A stretch of DNA of 33,453 nt from Promethearchaeia archaeon (GCA_029856155.1 JAHQWL010000056.1:1-33453); one strand, 5' to 3'. Numbered from the stretch's first letter, positions 9,045-18,159 are shown. Notes: a model not told the origin generated them from the letters alone. Made by a program: numbers and translations.

Positions 9045-10067
9045 ATGGTACAAGTTTCAGATAAAGTAGTTAAAGAAGACGGAAAGCTTGATGCCTTTCT
9101 TGGAATCGATATAGGAAGTGTTACGTGTAAATTTGTTTTAATGGGCATGGACGGTAATCTCCTCACAAGTGTATTTTTAAGGAATAGAGGTTCTCCTATC
9201 GACTCTGCTAAGGCAGGCATGGAAGATTTAAGAGAAAAAGTCGAAAAAAATGAAGAACTACAAGAATACACAATACGTTGTTGTGGAACTACGGGTTCAG
9301 CAAGGTATTTAACGAAAGCTATTGTAGGGGGAGATCTTGCGAAAACAGAAATTATTGCACATGCAGTTGCAACTCAATCATTATATCCTGATGTAAGCAC
9401 TATCTTAGAAATTGGTGGTCAAGATTCTAAAATCATCATTTTGCGTGATGGAATAATTGTAGATTTTGCAATGAATTCAGTATGCGCTGCTGGTACTGGT
9501 TCTTTTCTTGATCATCAAGCTTCTAGATTGGGTATTCCGATTGAGCAATTTGGAGATTATGCTGTGAAATCTAAAAATCCCGTGAGCATCGCTGGAAGAT
9601 GTACGGTATTTGCTGAGTCTGATATGATCCATAAACAGAATGCAGGGTATTCTAAAGAGGATATTATAGCTGGTTTATGTGATTCATTAGTTAGAAATTA
9701 TATGAATAATTTATCTAAGGGAAAGGAATTAGACGAACCAATAGTTTTCCAAGGAGGAGTATCATATAATAAAGGTATCATTGAAGCTTTTGAAAGACAT
9801 TTGGGTTGTGAAGTAATCGTACCGAAATATAATGTTTTAATGGGAGCTTTAGGAATGGCAATCCTCGTAAGAGATTATTATCTAGATAACCATACAGAGA
9901 CTTTATTCAGAGGACTTGATGTAGGGGATATAGAATTCAAAACATCAACATTCCACTGTGGAGATTGTCCAAATAATTGTGAAATAGTTCAAGTTAAAAT
10001 GCCTCAAGACGAAAATAAAGTAATTGCCCGTTGGGGTAGTAGATGTGGAAAATGGGAGGTATTTTAG
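9045..10067 (+). CDS. ATP-dependent acyl-CoA dehydratase activase (HgdC / BadF-BadG-BcrA-BcrD family) with C-terminal CxxCxxxC...C motif
   Basis: GIDIGSVTCK, TTGSAR, EIGGQDSK, MNSVCAAGTGSFL, GRCTVFAESD, FQGGV; tail CGDCPNNC...WGSRCGKW. Confidence 0.93.
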   Translation: MVQVSDKVVKEDGKLDAFLGIDIGSVTCKFVLMGMDGNLLTSVFLRNRGSPIDSAKAGMEDLREKVEKNEELQEYTIRCCGTTGSARYLTKAIVGGDLAKTEIIAHAVATQSLYPDVSTILEIGGQDSKIIILRDGIIVDFAMNSVCAAGTGSFLDHQASRLGIPIEQFGDYAVKSKNPVSIAGRCTVFAESDMIHKQNAGYSKEDIIAGLCDSLVRNYMNNLSKGKELDEPIVFQGGVSYNKGIIEAFERHLGCEVIVPKYNVLMGALGMAILVRDYYLDNHTETLFRGLDVGDIEFKTSTFHCGDCPNNCEIVQVKMPQDENKVIARWGSRCGKWEVF

Positions 10068-10071
10068 GAAT

Positions 10072-10266
10072 ATGACAGAATTTATAAAACAGATGAAAGA
10101 CTTGGGAGAGGAGTTTCTTGAAACTCTTAAGCATAAAACTAAGTTAAGTACGATTTTTGACCTTTATACAGAAAAGGTCATTCCCACGTTTGTTTCAGAA
10201 AAAGATTTAAAAAAATATTATTCAAAAAAAATGGAAGAAGTAAATGATTTTATAGATAAATTATAA
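10072..10266 (+). CDS. Small hypothetical helical protein (64 aa, MTEFIKQMKD...)
   Basis: ATG 4 nt after the activase stop with GGAGG/AGGA upstream; ends 17 nt before the next gene. Confidence 0.7.
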   Translation: MTEFIKQMKDLGEEFLETLKHKTKLSTIFDLYTEKVIPTFVSEKDLKKYYSKKMEEVNDFIDKL

Positions 10267-10283
10267 TAAGAGGTAATAAAAAA

Positions 10284-10985
10284 ATGAGTGAAAGTACAAG
10301 TACAGAAATAAAGGATGAAGGAGATAAGTTAAATCCAAAAGTTATTGCTTTTGATATGCTTTATGGTGCTGTAAAAGGACTAAGCGGTTTATTCTTTAAA
10401 GCTTTCATGGATTTAAAAATTGAAGGGAAAGAGAACATTCCCTTCAGAGGAAAAGCGATTTTAACCACAATCACTCCAAACGTAATCCGAGATATGTTAA
10501 TAATAGCTCAGGTATCAGGGCGAAAAATTCATTTTATGCTTGATCCAAAATTAATGAAGCATCAAATTGCCGGTCCGGTTTTAAAAAGTCTTGGAATGAT
10601 TCGAGGAACTGAAAATAAAGAAGATACTGAACCAATCGAAAAAGTATTTGAAATATTAAACGAGAAAGGTGATCTCGTAGGTATGACACCTGAATCAAGA
10701 CATGATCGTGAAGTACAGATAAAATCGATGGCGGCAATAATAAAATTTGCAATTGCAGGAGACGCTCCAATTATTCCAATAGCCATTTCTACAGAAAAAA
10801 CAAAAATATTAAACATGTTTACTGGAGATGGTCTGAAAGTAAAGATTGGTTCTCCTTTACGTGTCGAAAAAAGATTGAATCGGGAGAAGTATCGAGCTGA
10901 ACGCTATGAGCTCGCGGAAGATATAATAAATATTATTGAATCTTTGAAAGAAGTACCCGAATCTAAAGAACGCAATAATAATTAA
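10284..10985 (+). CDS. PlsC/LPLAT acyltransferase-fold protein with degenerate catalytic motifs
   Basis: IEGKENIP, IHFM, APIIPIAI, VKIGSPL match PlsC; HX4D replaced by TITPNVIRD and FPEGTR by TPESRH. Confidence 0.8.
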   Translation: MSESTSTEIKDEGDKLNPKVIAFDMLYGAVKGLSGLFFKAFMDLKIEGKENIPFRGKAILTTITPNVIRDMLIIAQVSGRKIHFMLDPKLMKHQIAGPVLKSLGMIRGTENKEDTEPIEKVFEILNEKGDLVGMTPESRHDREVQIKSMAAIIKFAIAGDAPIIPIAISTEKTKILNMFTGDGLKVKIGSPLRVEKRLNREKYRAERYELAEDIINIIESLKEVPESKERNNN

Positions 10986-11021
10986 ATTATATTTTTTCTC
11001 TATTTTTTAATACAATTTTGG

Positions 11022-11993
11022 TTATATTACTATTGTGAAATTAATTGATAGAAATAAAATTAGAAACAATATCAATACTATTCCATCTTTCAGGACTAAG
11101 CTTTGCTTTTTTGACATAAAAATAAAATAGATTATTATTATTGCTAATAGGAACCAATTCCAAAACAAAATCCATAAGAATTGGAAATTCGTAATAAAAA
11201 TAGCGCTAATTCCAAAAGTGAGTGTTAAATTCCAAATTACTTTTCCTATCATCCCTCCCAAGCCTATTTCAATGCTCTTCTTTTTTATAGATTTTATAAC
11301 TAATGTTAATTCCTCAACATTTGTTATGAAAGCAATTATAATGAGTCCAAAGAAAGTTTCTGGGATATTAGTCCGTATTATAATTTGTTCTGCGGTAAAA
11401 ATTAATAATTCTCCTCCTAAAAAAATAGATATAAAGCTAGTAATGATTAAAATAATTTTTTTACTTTTTGATTGTGCTTTTAATTCTTGATTGTCATTAT
11501 TACTCTTCATAAGATTTTCTATTGAACTAAATCTAATAGAACTTCCTTTAGAGAATTGTTTTATATTCCTAATCAAATATACAAAATATATGATAATAGC
11601 GATGATTCCAATAAATAGCATTCCAAAATTAACAATAATTCCAAGAAGGATTAAAATAAGGGAAATATACAATAATACAAAGTAAAATTGAGGAATTTTT
11701 TTAAAATCTACTTTATAGAAAAAGGCGGGAATAGCAAAACTTATTGTCAGCGCAAATATTGAGTTACCGATAACATTTCCTATTGCGAGGTACGAAAGTC
11801 CATTAATAGCAGCGATGATCGAAGCAATTGATTCTTCTGGATCGATGCCAATGAGTAATGCTCCAATAACAAAAGGGGATATTCCATATAGTATACAAAC
11901 TTCTTTTAAATTATCTAAAAAGACATCTGCAGCAAAATATATTATTAAATAACCAATAATGAATAATATAATTGATAGGCTAATGTCTAACAT
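11022..11993 (-). CDS. Ca2+/cation antiporter (CaCA, YrbG-like)
   Basis: About 10 TM helices in two repeats, GISPFVIG, AIGNVIGNS, IPETFFGL; alpha-repeats GIDPEE and TNVEEL. Confidence 0.85.
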   Translation of the reverse strand: MLDISLSIILFIIGYLIIYFAADVFLDNLKEVCILYGISPFVIGALLIGIDPEESIASIIAAINGLSYLAIGNVIGNSIFALTISFAIPAFFYKVDFKKIPQFYFVLLYISLILILLGIIVNFGMLFIGIIAIIIYFVYLIRNIKQFSKGSSIRFSSIENLMKSNNDNQELKAQSKSKKIILIITSFISIFLGGELLIFTAEQIIIRTNIPETFFGLIIIAFITNVEELTLVIKSIKKKSIEIGLGGMIGKVIWNLTLTFGISAIFITNFQFLWILFWNWFLLAIIIIYFIFMSKKQSLVLKDGIVLILFLILFLSINFTIVI

Positions 11994-12129
11994 CCTAGAT
12001 CACTTATAATTAATCAAAATTTATTATAATATTCAGTGAATAAAAAATTCTCCCACTTAGCACTAATGAAATGGGAAAAACTATACCTAAATGCTTTATA
12101 ATCTAAAGAGTCTATCAAATATATAAGGA

Positions 12130-12483
12130 ATGGTATTTCAAATGAAGGTTAAAAAAGTTAGTTTAAACATAAAAGAGATAATTATTGACTTTGTTTTATG
12201 TCCAAAAACTAATTTATACTTACAGAGTTTATATTGTCATCGATGTGGTTATTATAATTTTGATGATAAGACTTCTATTAATTGTTATTATAAAAAACCC
12301 AAAGTTAGTATTGCAGATCCCCAAAAAGATGAGCTAATAAAAATATTTTCAGCCATTAAAAATAAAAAAGAAGCCTCATTCTTCCAATTGGATGATAATG
12401 ATAAAATTGCCCCCAAAATGGATATTGAGATACTTAGAGCAGAGCTTTTACAAGCCTTAAAGAGGAAAACTGATTCTATTTAA
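12130..12483 (+). CDS. Hypothetical protein with 4-Cys putative metal site
   Basis: CP-x10-CHRC-x12-C pattern; 117-aa ATG ORF (alternative ATG 12142). Confidence 0.65.
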   Translation: MVFQMKVKKVSLNIKEIIIDFVLCPKTNLYLQSLYCHRCGYYNFDDKTSINCYYKKPKVSIADPQKDELIKIFSAIKNKKEASFFQLDDNDKIAPKMDIEILRAELLQALKRKTDSI

Positions 12484-12737
12484 TTATAATATTTTTTGCA
12501 TCGATTTGAACATATTTAAACCATATTAGGATTCTCTAACATGATCATTCTTGATTTCAAAAAATAAAACTCATAATAAATTTAGGTCAGTTGTTCCAAT
12601 GTACAAAAATCTGGAACTTAAACACTTTACCTTTATACTCCCCGTCACTTATGGCAGAGAATTTAAGAGAAAAAATTATTATCTTTTTTATTCCTATTAT
12701 TATTACAATATTAAATAAGTATTAAGGAGGATTCAAA

Positions 12738-13886
12738 ATGGTCGATTATATTAAGATAGAGGGCACACCCAAAGAAAGAGGACTGCAACAAGGAGAACAA
12801 TTGAAAGACAAAATTCATAATATGTTCGATATTGTCTTTCATTCAAAAATGTTTTCCGAAGTCACATCTAAATTAATTCCTCTCTCAATAATTAAACTTG
12901 GTTTAGGTATTATGGGTAAAAAGAATATAAAGAAGTCCTTACAAAAATTTGTTCCTAATCAGTATGAAAAAATGATTTCAATAGGTAAAACAGCTTCTAT
13001 AAAAAAATACATAATTCATGGAGCTCACTTTATCGAAGTGATGTCAGGTGATCCAAAATCTCTTTATAAGAATCCTCCCGTTCAAGCCTGTTCAATGATA
13101 TTTGCACTTCCTGAAGCTACATCAGATAATTCAATGATTTTTGGGCGTAATTATGATTTTCCTAACGTTCTCCAACCATTTCAAGTAATACGAGAAGAAA
13201 TACCCGAAGAGGGATATAAAAATATAAATTTTACCCAATATCCTCTTACAGGATGTCATATGGGATTGAATGCAAAAGGGTTAGCTATTGGATATAATTA
13301 CGGCCGTTCTTGGAAGCAAAATCCCATCGATTTTAGATTAAAGGGCGTCCCTGGCACATTTATAGTACAAGAAATGCTCGAAACTTGTGCATCAACTCAA
13401 GAAGCTGCTACATTTATCACTAACTTTACTGGTCGTTCAAATGGATGCCATTATGGGTTCATGGATGCATCAGGAGATACATGTGTTATTGAAACAACAA
13501 GCACTCGCCATGCAATCCGTCGCCCTGAAGATGGAATACTTGCTCATACTAATCATTACCAAACTAACGAACTAAGAGACGCTAATTTACCAGACTATGT
13601 ACGGTTCAAAATGGATGATATGGATATAAATCCTATTGAATCTCCAATAAGACGCTATCAGCGAGAGATCGAATTACTTAAGAAACTCAAAGGGCAAATT
13701 AATATAGATACAATTAAAAATATTTTAAGTGATCATGATAACAGAGAACCAGATGATTTCACAGTCTGTACACATGGCTCCGAAGCAGGTACTTTAGGAT
13801 CAATAATAGTCCTCCCAACTAAAAAGGAATTTTGGGTCACTGATAATCATCCTTGTAGTTCTGAATATGAGAGATTTAGATTATAA
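12738..13886 (+). CDS. Peptidase C45 / acyl-CoA:6-aminopenicillanate acyltransferase-like Ntn hydrolase
   Basis: GTPKERGLQQG, A-CS autocleavage Cys, FGRNYD, GLNAKGL, AHTNHY; AAGGAGG SD. Confidence 0.9.
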   Translation: MVDYIKIEGTPKERGLQQGEQLKDKIHNMFDIVFHSKMFSEVTSKLIPLSIIKLGLGIMGKKNIKKSLQKFVPNQYEKMISIGKTASIKKYIIHGAHFIEVMSGDPKSLYKNPPVQACSMIFALPEATSDNSMIFGRNYDFPNVLQPFQVIREEIPEEGYKNINFTQYPLTGCHMGLNAKGLAIGYNYGRSWKQNPIDFRLKGVPGTFIVQEMLETCASTQEAATFITNFTGRSNGCHYGFMDASGDTCVIETTSTRHAIRRPEDGILAHTNHYQTNELRDANLPDYVRFKMDDMDINPIESPIRRYQREIELLKKLKGQINIDTIKNILSDHDNREPDDFTVCTHGSEAGTLGSIIVLPTKKEFWVTDNHPCSSEYERFRL

Positions 13887-13914
13887 TAAAGAGTAAATAA
13901 AAAGAAAAAAAGTT

Positions 13915-14403
13915 TTAATATCTCGTTCGTGTAGCTTGAATTCTTAGTTTTGCTTTTGTTTGTTCTTTACTGTCTTGTAATATTACATATTCCGTTTTTG
14001 ATGGGAGTTTAATTTCAAATTCTTGCTGAGCAACAACTTCATCTTTTTTCAAAGGATCTTTTTCCCTCAGGATTACTTTAACTTTTTGTACAGCAGTATC
14101 ATTCACGTGAACTGTTTTAAATTGGCTCCAGAGGGACATATCAGCTTTACTAGTAAATTCTTGATTCCTTTGTAACTTTATTGTGCCTTTATTCGGCCAT
14201 CGGGCTTTGAATGTCTTAGGTCCATCTACCTTAAAATAGAATTCTCCGCGCCATCCAAAAATATCATAATCTTTTAAGGTTTTTAAACTCATTAATTCTA
14301 TGCTGATTAAGTAACGTTCTTTTTCCTCACCTACTTGATCCTGTTCGAAAGATTGATCTTTTGCATAGGTCTTCTTAGATTTTGCATAATAACGTCTAGG
14401 AAT
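13915..14403 (-). CDS. C2-domain-like beta-sandwich protein; probable non-AUG (ATT) start at 14403 (first ATG at 14292)
   Basis: YLISIELMSLKTLKDYDIFGWRGEFYFKV and VKVILREKDPLKKDEVVA resemble C2 strands and loops; AAGGTGA SD 7 nt before the ATT. Confidence 0.65.
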   Translation of the reverse strand: MPRRYYAKSKKTYAKDQSFEQDQVGEEKERYLISIELMSLKTLKDYDIFGWRGEFYFKVDGPKTFKARWPNKGTIKLQRNQEFTSKADMSLWSQFKTVHVNDTAVQKVKVILREKDPLKKDEVVAQQEFEIKLPSKTEYVILQDSKEQTKAKLRIQATRTRY

Positions 14404-14606
14404 TTTATGTTCACCTTTATGTTTTGATTATATTTGAAATTGTGTTTTAATTCTATTAAAATGTTTAAATATATATGTTTTGTTGAGGATGATTATTAAA
14501 AATTTAATAGAAATGTCAGTAAAAAAGTAAGAACACATAAATATTAAATAGAAATTTTACTCATTATTATTAACTATTTATCTCAATAATTCTAAATGTG
14601 AATATT

Positions 14607-15344
14607 ATGTCGGTTGTTGAGTTGCATTTATCTGGTATTTTTGGTTTTCTTACTGTTATTATCGCTTGGTTATACGGTGGAATTACTCTCTATAAATATA
14701 TTAAAATGAAAGAAAAAATCTTATTTTATTTCTTTTTGGCAATTATTTTTACAATGTCTCCCTGGTATCCCAGTGGGTTAGGATACATATACTGGATAAT
14801 TACTGGCCAGGAAATTGCCTATCCGTTCTATGTTTTAATAGGAACTGTAACAGTTCCTATTGCTTTATTATCATGGCTTCAAATTTATATGCCCGCTTTA
14901 CACGAAAAATATAAAGCTGTTGTTACATGGATTGTTTTTTGCTTCGCAATTGTATTTTATATTTATATATTTTACTTTCTATTCTTTGCCACAGGAGCTC
15001 CAGTAGTAAATTTAATTGGGATTAAAGAAAGTGTCATTGATATTGATTATAAAGGATTAGCTTTGGGTTTCCTTGCTTTCTCTCTACTCATTAGTACAAT
15101 AACTGGTAATGATTTTGCAATAGCTTCATTAAAAGAAAAAGACAACCCATCAATAGTATGGAAGGGGAGATTTCTACTTTTATCATTCAATTTATTTGCA
15201 ATAGGGGCAATTGGTGATGGATTTATTCCATTATCAACAACAACATTGATAATTTTTAGAACATTAATGATGCTTTCTAGTACATTTTATTATATTGGAT
15301 TTATACTACCAAGTTGGATGAAACGTTTACTTAAATTAGAATAA
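14607..15344 (+). CDS. Stand-alone 7-TM membrane protein (HisKA_7TM-like, Lokiarchaeia-type)
   Basis: Seven hydrophobic helices, WKGRFL before TM6, YIGFILP tail; ATG 14607 (GTG 14598 alternative). Confidence 0.75.
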   Translation: MSVVELHLSGIFGFLTVIIAWLYGGITLYKYIKMKEKILFYFFLAIIFTMSPWYPSGLGYIYWIITGQEIAYPFYVLIGTVTVPIALLSWLQIYMPALHEKYKAVVTWIVFCFAIVFYIYIFYFLFFATGAPVVNLIGIKESVIDIDYKGLALGFLAFSLLISTITGNDFAIASLKEKDNPSIVWKGRFLLLSFNLFAIGAIGDGFIPLSTTTLIIFRTLMMLSSTFYYIGFILPSWMKRLLKLE

Positions 15345-15364
15345 ATTTATCTAAAACTTTTTTT

Positions 15365-16300
15365 TTATTTATAATTTATAATAAGAACCGCAATTAAAAC
15401 TATAATTCCCCCTATAATATTCCATAAAACAATTGATTCACTCCTTTGAAGTAAGATTGAAAAAAGTAATGTAAGAAATGGTTCAATATATAAAAATGAA
15501 GCAACTTTTGATGATTTTAAAATTTTTTGAGAATTTTGCCAAATATAATAGCCTAAAACATAACACGCAAGTCCTAAATACAAAGCTGAGAAGAATAAGG
15601 AAACATTTAGAAAATTTTTAAGGAAAATAATAAATTCACCATTTAGTAACACAAAAATAAATAGTTCAAATGTGCCAATATAAGCAATATATTTATTCAT
15701 AATGATGCTTGAACTGGATTTTGAGATTTTTTTTGTTGCCGTAGAATATATTGCCCATAATAAGGGAGTCATTAATGCAAATAAATATCCTAAGAAGTTA
15801 AGAGAAGTAGGGTTAAAAATGTTGATATTCCCTCCAGTCACCAATAAAAAACCTCCAATAGTTGCAATTAAAAATCCTATTATCTTAGAAATATTCAATT
15901 TTTCTTTGAAAAAAATCAAAGCTAATATTGTAATAATTACAGGGGTTATTAAACAAACAAATAAAGCGGGAAGTGAGGGGCCAATACTTTCAATTGCGGA
16001 ATATTGAGCAAGGAAAAATATAGATATTCCCGTAAAACTTGCAAGTATCATTAGCACCCAATCATTCTTTGTAAATTTAGTCTTTTCTATTATTTTTTTA
16101 TTTGAGTTTTTTTCTTTTCTTTTAGTGAATTTAAAATAAAGATCAAGGATTAAAAATGATAATGAAGCAATAACAAATCGATAAAATGCGATAGATAAAG
16201 GTGGAATAAATTCTACAGCAATATCTACAACAACAAAAGAAAAACTCCAAATAATAACCATAAAAATTAGTTCAAGATATAACCCCAACATCAAGATCAA
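15365..16300 (-). CDS. EamA/DMT family transporter
   Basis: IIWSFSFVVV, PPLSIAFYRF, two 5-TM repeats, SFLYIEPF. Confidence 0.9.
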   Translation of the reverse strand: MILMLGLYLELIFMVIIWSFSFVVVDIAVEFIPPLSIAFYRFVIASLSFLILDLYFKFTKRKEKNSNKKIIEKTKFTKNDWVLMILASFTGISIFFLAQYSAIESIGPSLPALFVCLITPVIITILALIFFKEKLNISKIIGFLIATIGGFLLVTGGNINIFNPTSLNFLGYLFALMTPLLWAIYSTATKKISKSSSSIIMNKYIAYIGTFELFIFVLLNGEFIIFLKNFLNVSLFFSALYLGLACYVLGYYIWQNSQKILKSSKVASFLYIEPFLTLLFSILLQRSESIVLWNIIGGIIVLIAVLIINYK

Positions 16301-16402
16301 AATACTATTAGATTTTAGTTATCACTTAAACAAAAATATTCTACTAAAATGATTTATTAAATTAAATTAATAATAGAAAATTAAGAACAATAATAATTAT
16401 TT

Positions 16403-17014
16403 TTGGAAAGAGACTTCTTGAAGAAAATTAGCTATAGCTTGCGGATTGGATTCATCGGTAAGAAAGAATTTATTGAGGAGATTTTTATTGAAAGCCTTAA
16501 GAGATCCGCTATAGAATCTAATATTTCTGATGATAAATATGAGTTTTTAATTCTCTTCGACCAAATTCCAATTAAGATGAAGATATTCATAACAAAAACA
16601 CTTGAAAATTTAATATATAACTTTGAAAAAATTCAAAATCTTGATGTGATTATTTTCCCACTAAATTTATATGAGCCAACCTCACTTAATACTATTACTA
16701 AAGGTTTATTGGAAGAATTTAATGAAACATTTTCATTTCAAGGATTATCTATCTTAGTTGGAATGGATATTGGAAATTTATTTAACGGATCTGCTTCCAA
16801 AAATTTTAAAATTAGTAGATATCAATTAGAAAAAATTACAAAAGACTTGAAATTAATCTATTGTTTTGAATTAACCAACAAAAATAGTGATATAAATGAG
16901 ATTTACAATACTATTTTTAATGAATTTAAGATAAGGTTTCAATATTCAAGTCCAGAATTATTCGAAGCCGCGAAAGAATATGGAAATTATTTAATTAAAT
17001 TAAAATTCATATAA
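16403..17014 (+). CDS. Degenerate Ras/Rab-like small GTPase-fold protein
   Basis: LRIGFIG, IKMKIF, LDVIIFPLNL..PTSLNTI, ILVG, CFEL...INEIY follow G-domain topology; GKS/T, DxxG and NKxD absent. Confidence 0.6.
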   Translation: MERDFLKKISYSLRIGFIGKKEFIEEIFIESLKRSAIESNISDDKYEFLILFDQIPIKMKIFITKTLENLIYNFEKIQNLDVIIFPLNLYEPTSLNTITKGLLEEFNETFSFQGLSILVGMDIGNLFNGSASKNFKISRYQLEKITKDLKLIYCFELTNKNSDINEIYNTIFNEFKIRFQYSSPELFEAAKEYGNYLIKLKFI

Positions 17015-17127
17015 AATTACTATAAAAAAGATAGAAAATCGAAAAGTTATAAAAACAATAAGATACAAATTTAAATATAATTATTAAAAATGCCATTAGA
17101 TTAAAATAATAAGGATGGAGTTGAATA

Positions 17128-17325
17128 ATGGGAGAAGAATCAAATGGATTATTAACAATTGAAAGGGATGAAGGGACACGTAGAAAATGCCCAAGTTGTG
17201 GGGAAGAAAACAAAAATATGATTCATGAATCAACCGACAAGACGAATATTATAAATGACTATCCCAGAGTATTCGGGAAGAAGTACCGTTGCGGACGCTG
17301 TGGGCAGGAGTGGCGTGAAAAATAG
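17128..17325 (+). CDS. Small zinc-ribbon protein (TFS/Rpb9 C-ribbon-like)
   Basis: CPSCG...YRCGRCGQEWRE; GGAG SD upstream. Confidence 0.8.
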   Translation: MGEESNGLLTIERDEGTRRKCPSCGEENKNMIHESTDKTNIINDYPRVFGKKYRCGRCGQEWREK

Positions 17326-17466
17326 AATATAGATAGGACTAAAAAAGTTACATTTTTTGCTTTATCTATTTAAATTTGAGATAAAATATTAATTCCATAA
17401 ATTTTAAAATTATCATAAGGTAAAATTAATTATTTTACTTTAAATAAAGTTAGGGGATATTGAGTA

Positions 17467-18159
17467 ATGGATTTCGCTAGATTCATTCAAATTTATGTAG
17501 TACAAGGACTATTTGCTTTGTTTTTTCTTTATATGGCATATTTAGTACTAAAAAGAGGTAAAAAAGCGATTAATCTTTACTTAAGTAGTTTTTACCTTTC
17601 TGTCACGATTGGTGGAGTGTTAAATATGATCTATGCGAATATATTTGATCCAACAATCGTTTTTATTATGCATTTCATGACTTATTATCTCTTTTGTTTT
17701 TCAATGGTTTTTATTCTGATTTTTGTCCTAATCCTCATAAAACCAGCTAATCAGATTAATTTTAGATTGCAGCTTTTAATACTTATAATTTTTGGTTTAT
17801 TAATCTTAGGTCTTTTATTTATTCCTAATGGAATTATAATAAATGCAACTACAAATTGGAAACCAAATTGGAGCTGGGTTTTTTTTCTTTACTCTTTTAT
17901 AATTTGTACTATAATTATAATTTTTCCGACTATTTATTATTCAATTAAGATTTATATCAAGTTTGAAAGTGCGTATTTAAAGAAAAAATGGAAATATTTC
18001 TTAATTGGTATATTTGCTTATTTTTTTCTCTATTATGGAACGTCTCTTTCAAACACATTGAATCACGATACATTTAGGGTTATTTGGTCATTGATTTCAT
18101 TACCTACTCTTATTGCATTATATTTGATATATTATGGTGTAGGACGCCAACTTGAGTGA
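17467..18159 (+). CDS. Stand-alone 7-TM membrane protein (paralog 1 of tandem pair)
   Basis: Seven TM helices; NATTNWKPNW, LKKKWKYF, GVGRQLE. Confidence 0.8.
   Translation: MDFARFIQIYVVQGLFALFFLYMAYLVLKRGKKAINLYLSSFYLSVTIGGVLNMIYANIFDPTIVFIMHFMTYYLFCFSMVFILIFVLILIKPANQINFRLQLLILIIFGLLILGLLFIPNGIIINATTNWKPNWSWVFFLYSFIICTIIIIFPTIYYSIKIYIKFESAYLKKKWKYFLIGIFAYFFLYYGTSLSNTLNHDTFRVIWSLISLPTLIALYLIYYGVGRQLE

Noticed and set aside
12584-12660. Hairpin GTTCCA...TGGAAC and slightly GC-rich intergenic stretch as an ncRNA
   Set aside because: Only a 6-bp stem and no family motif; insufficient support
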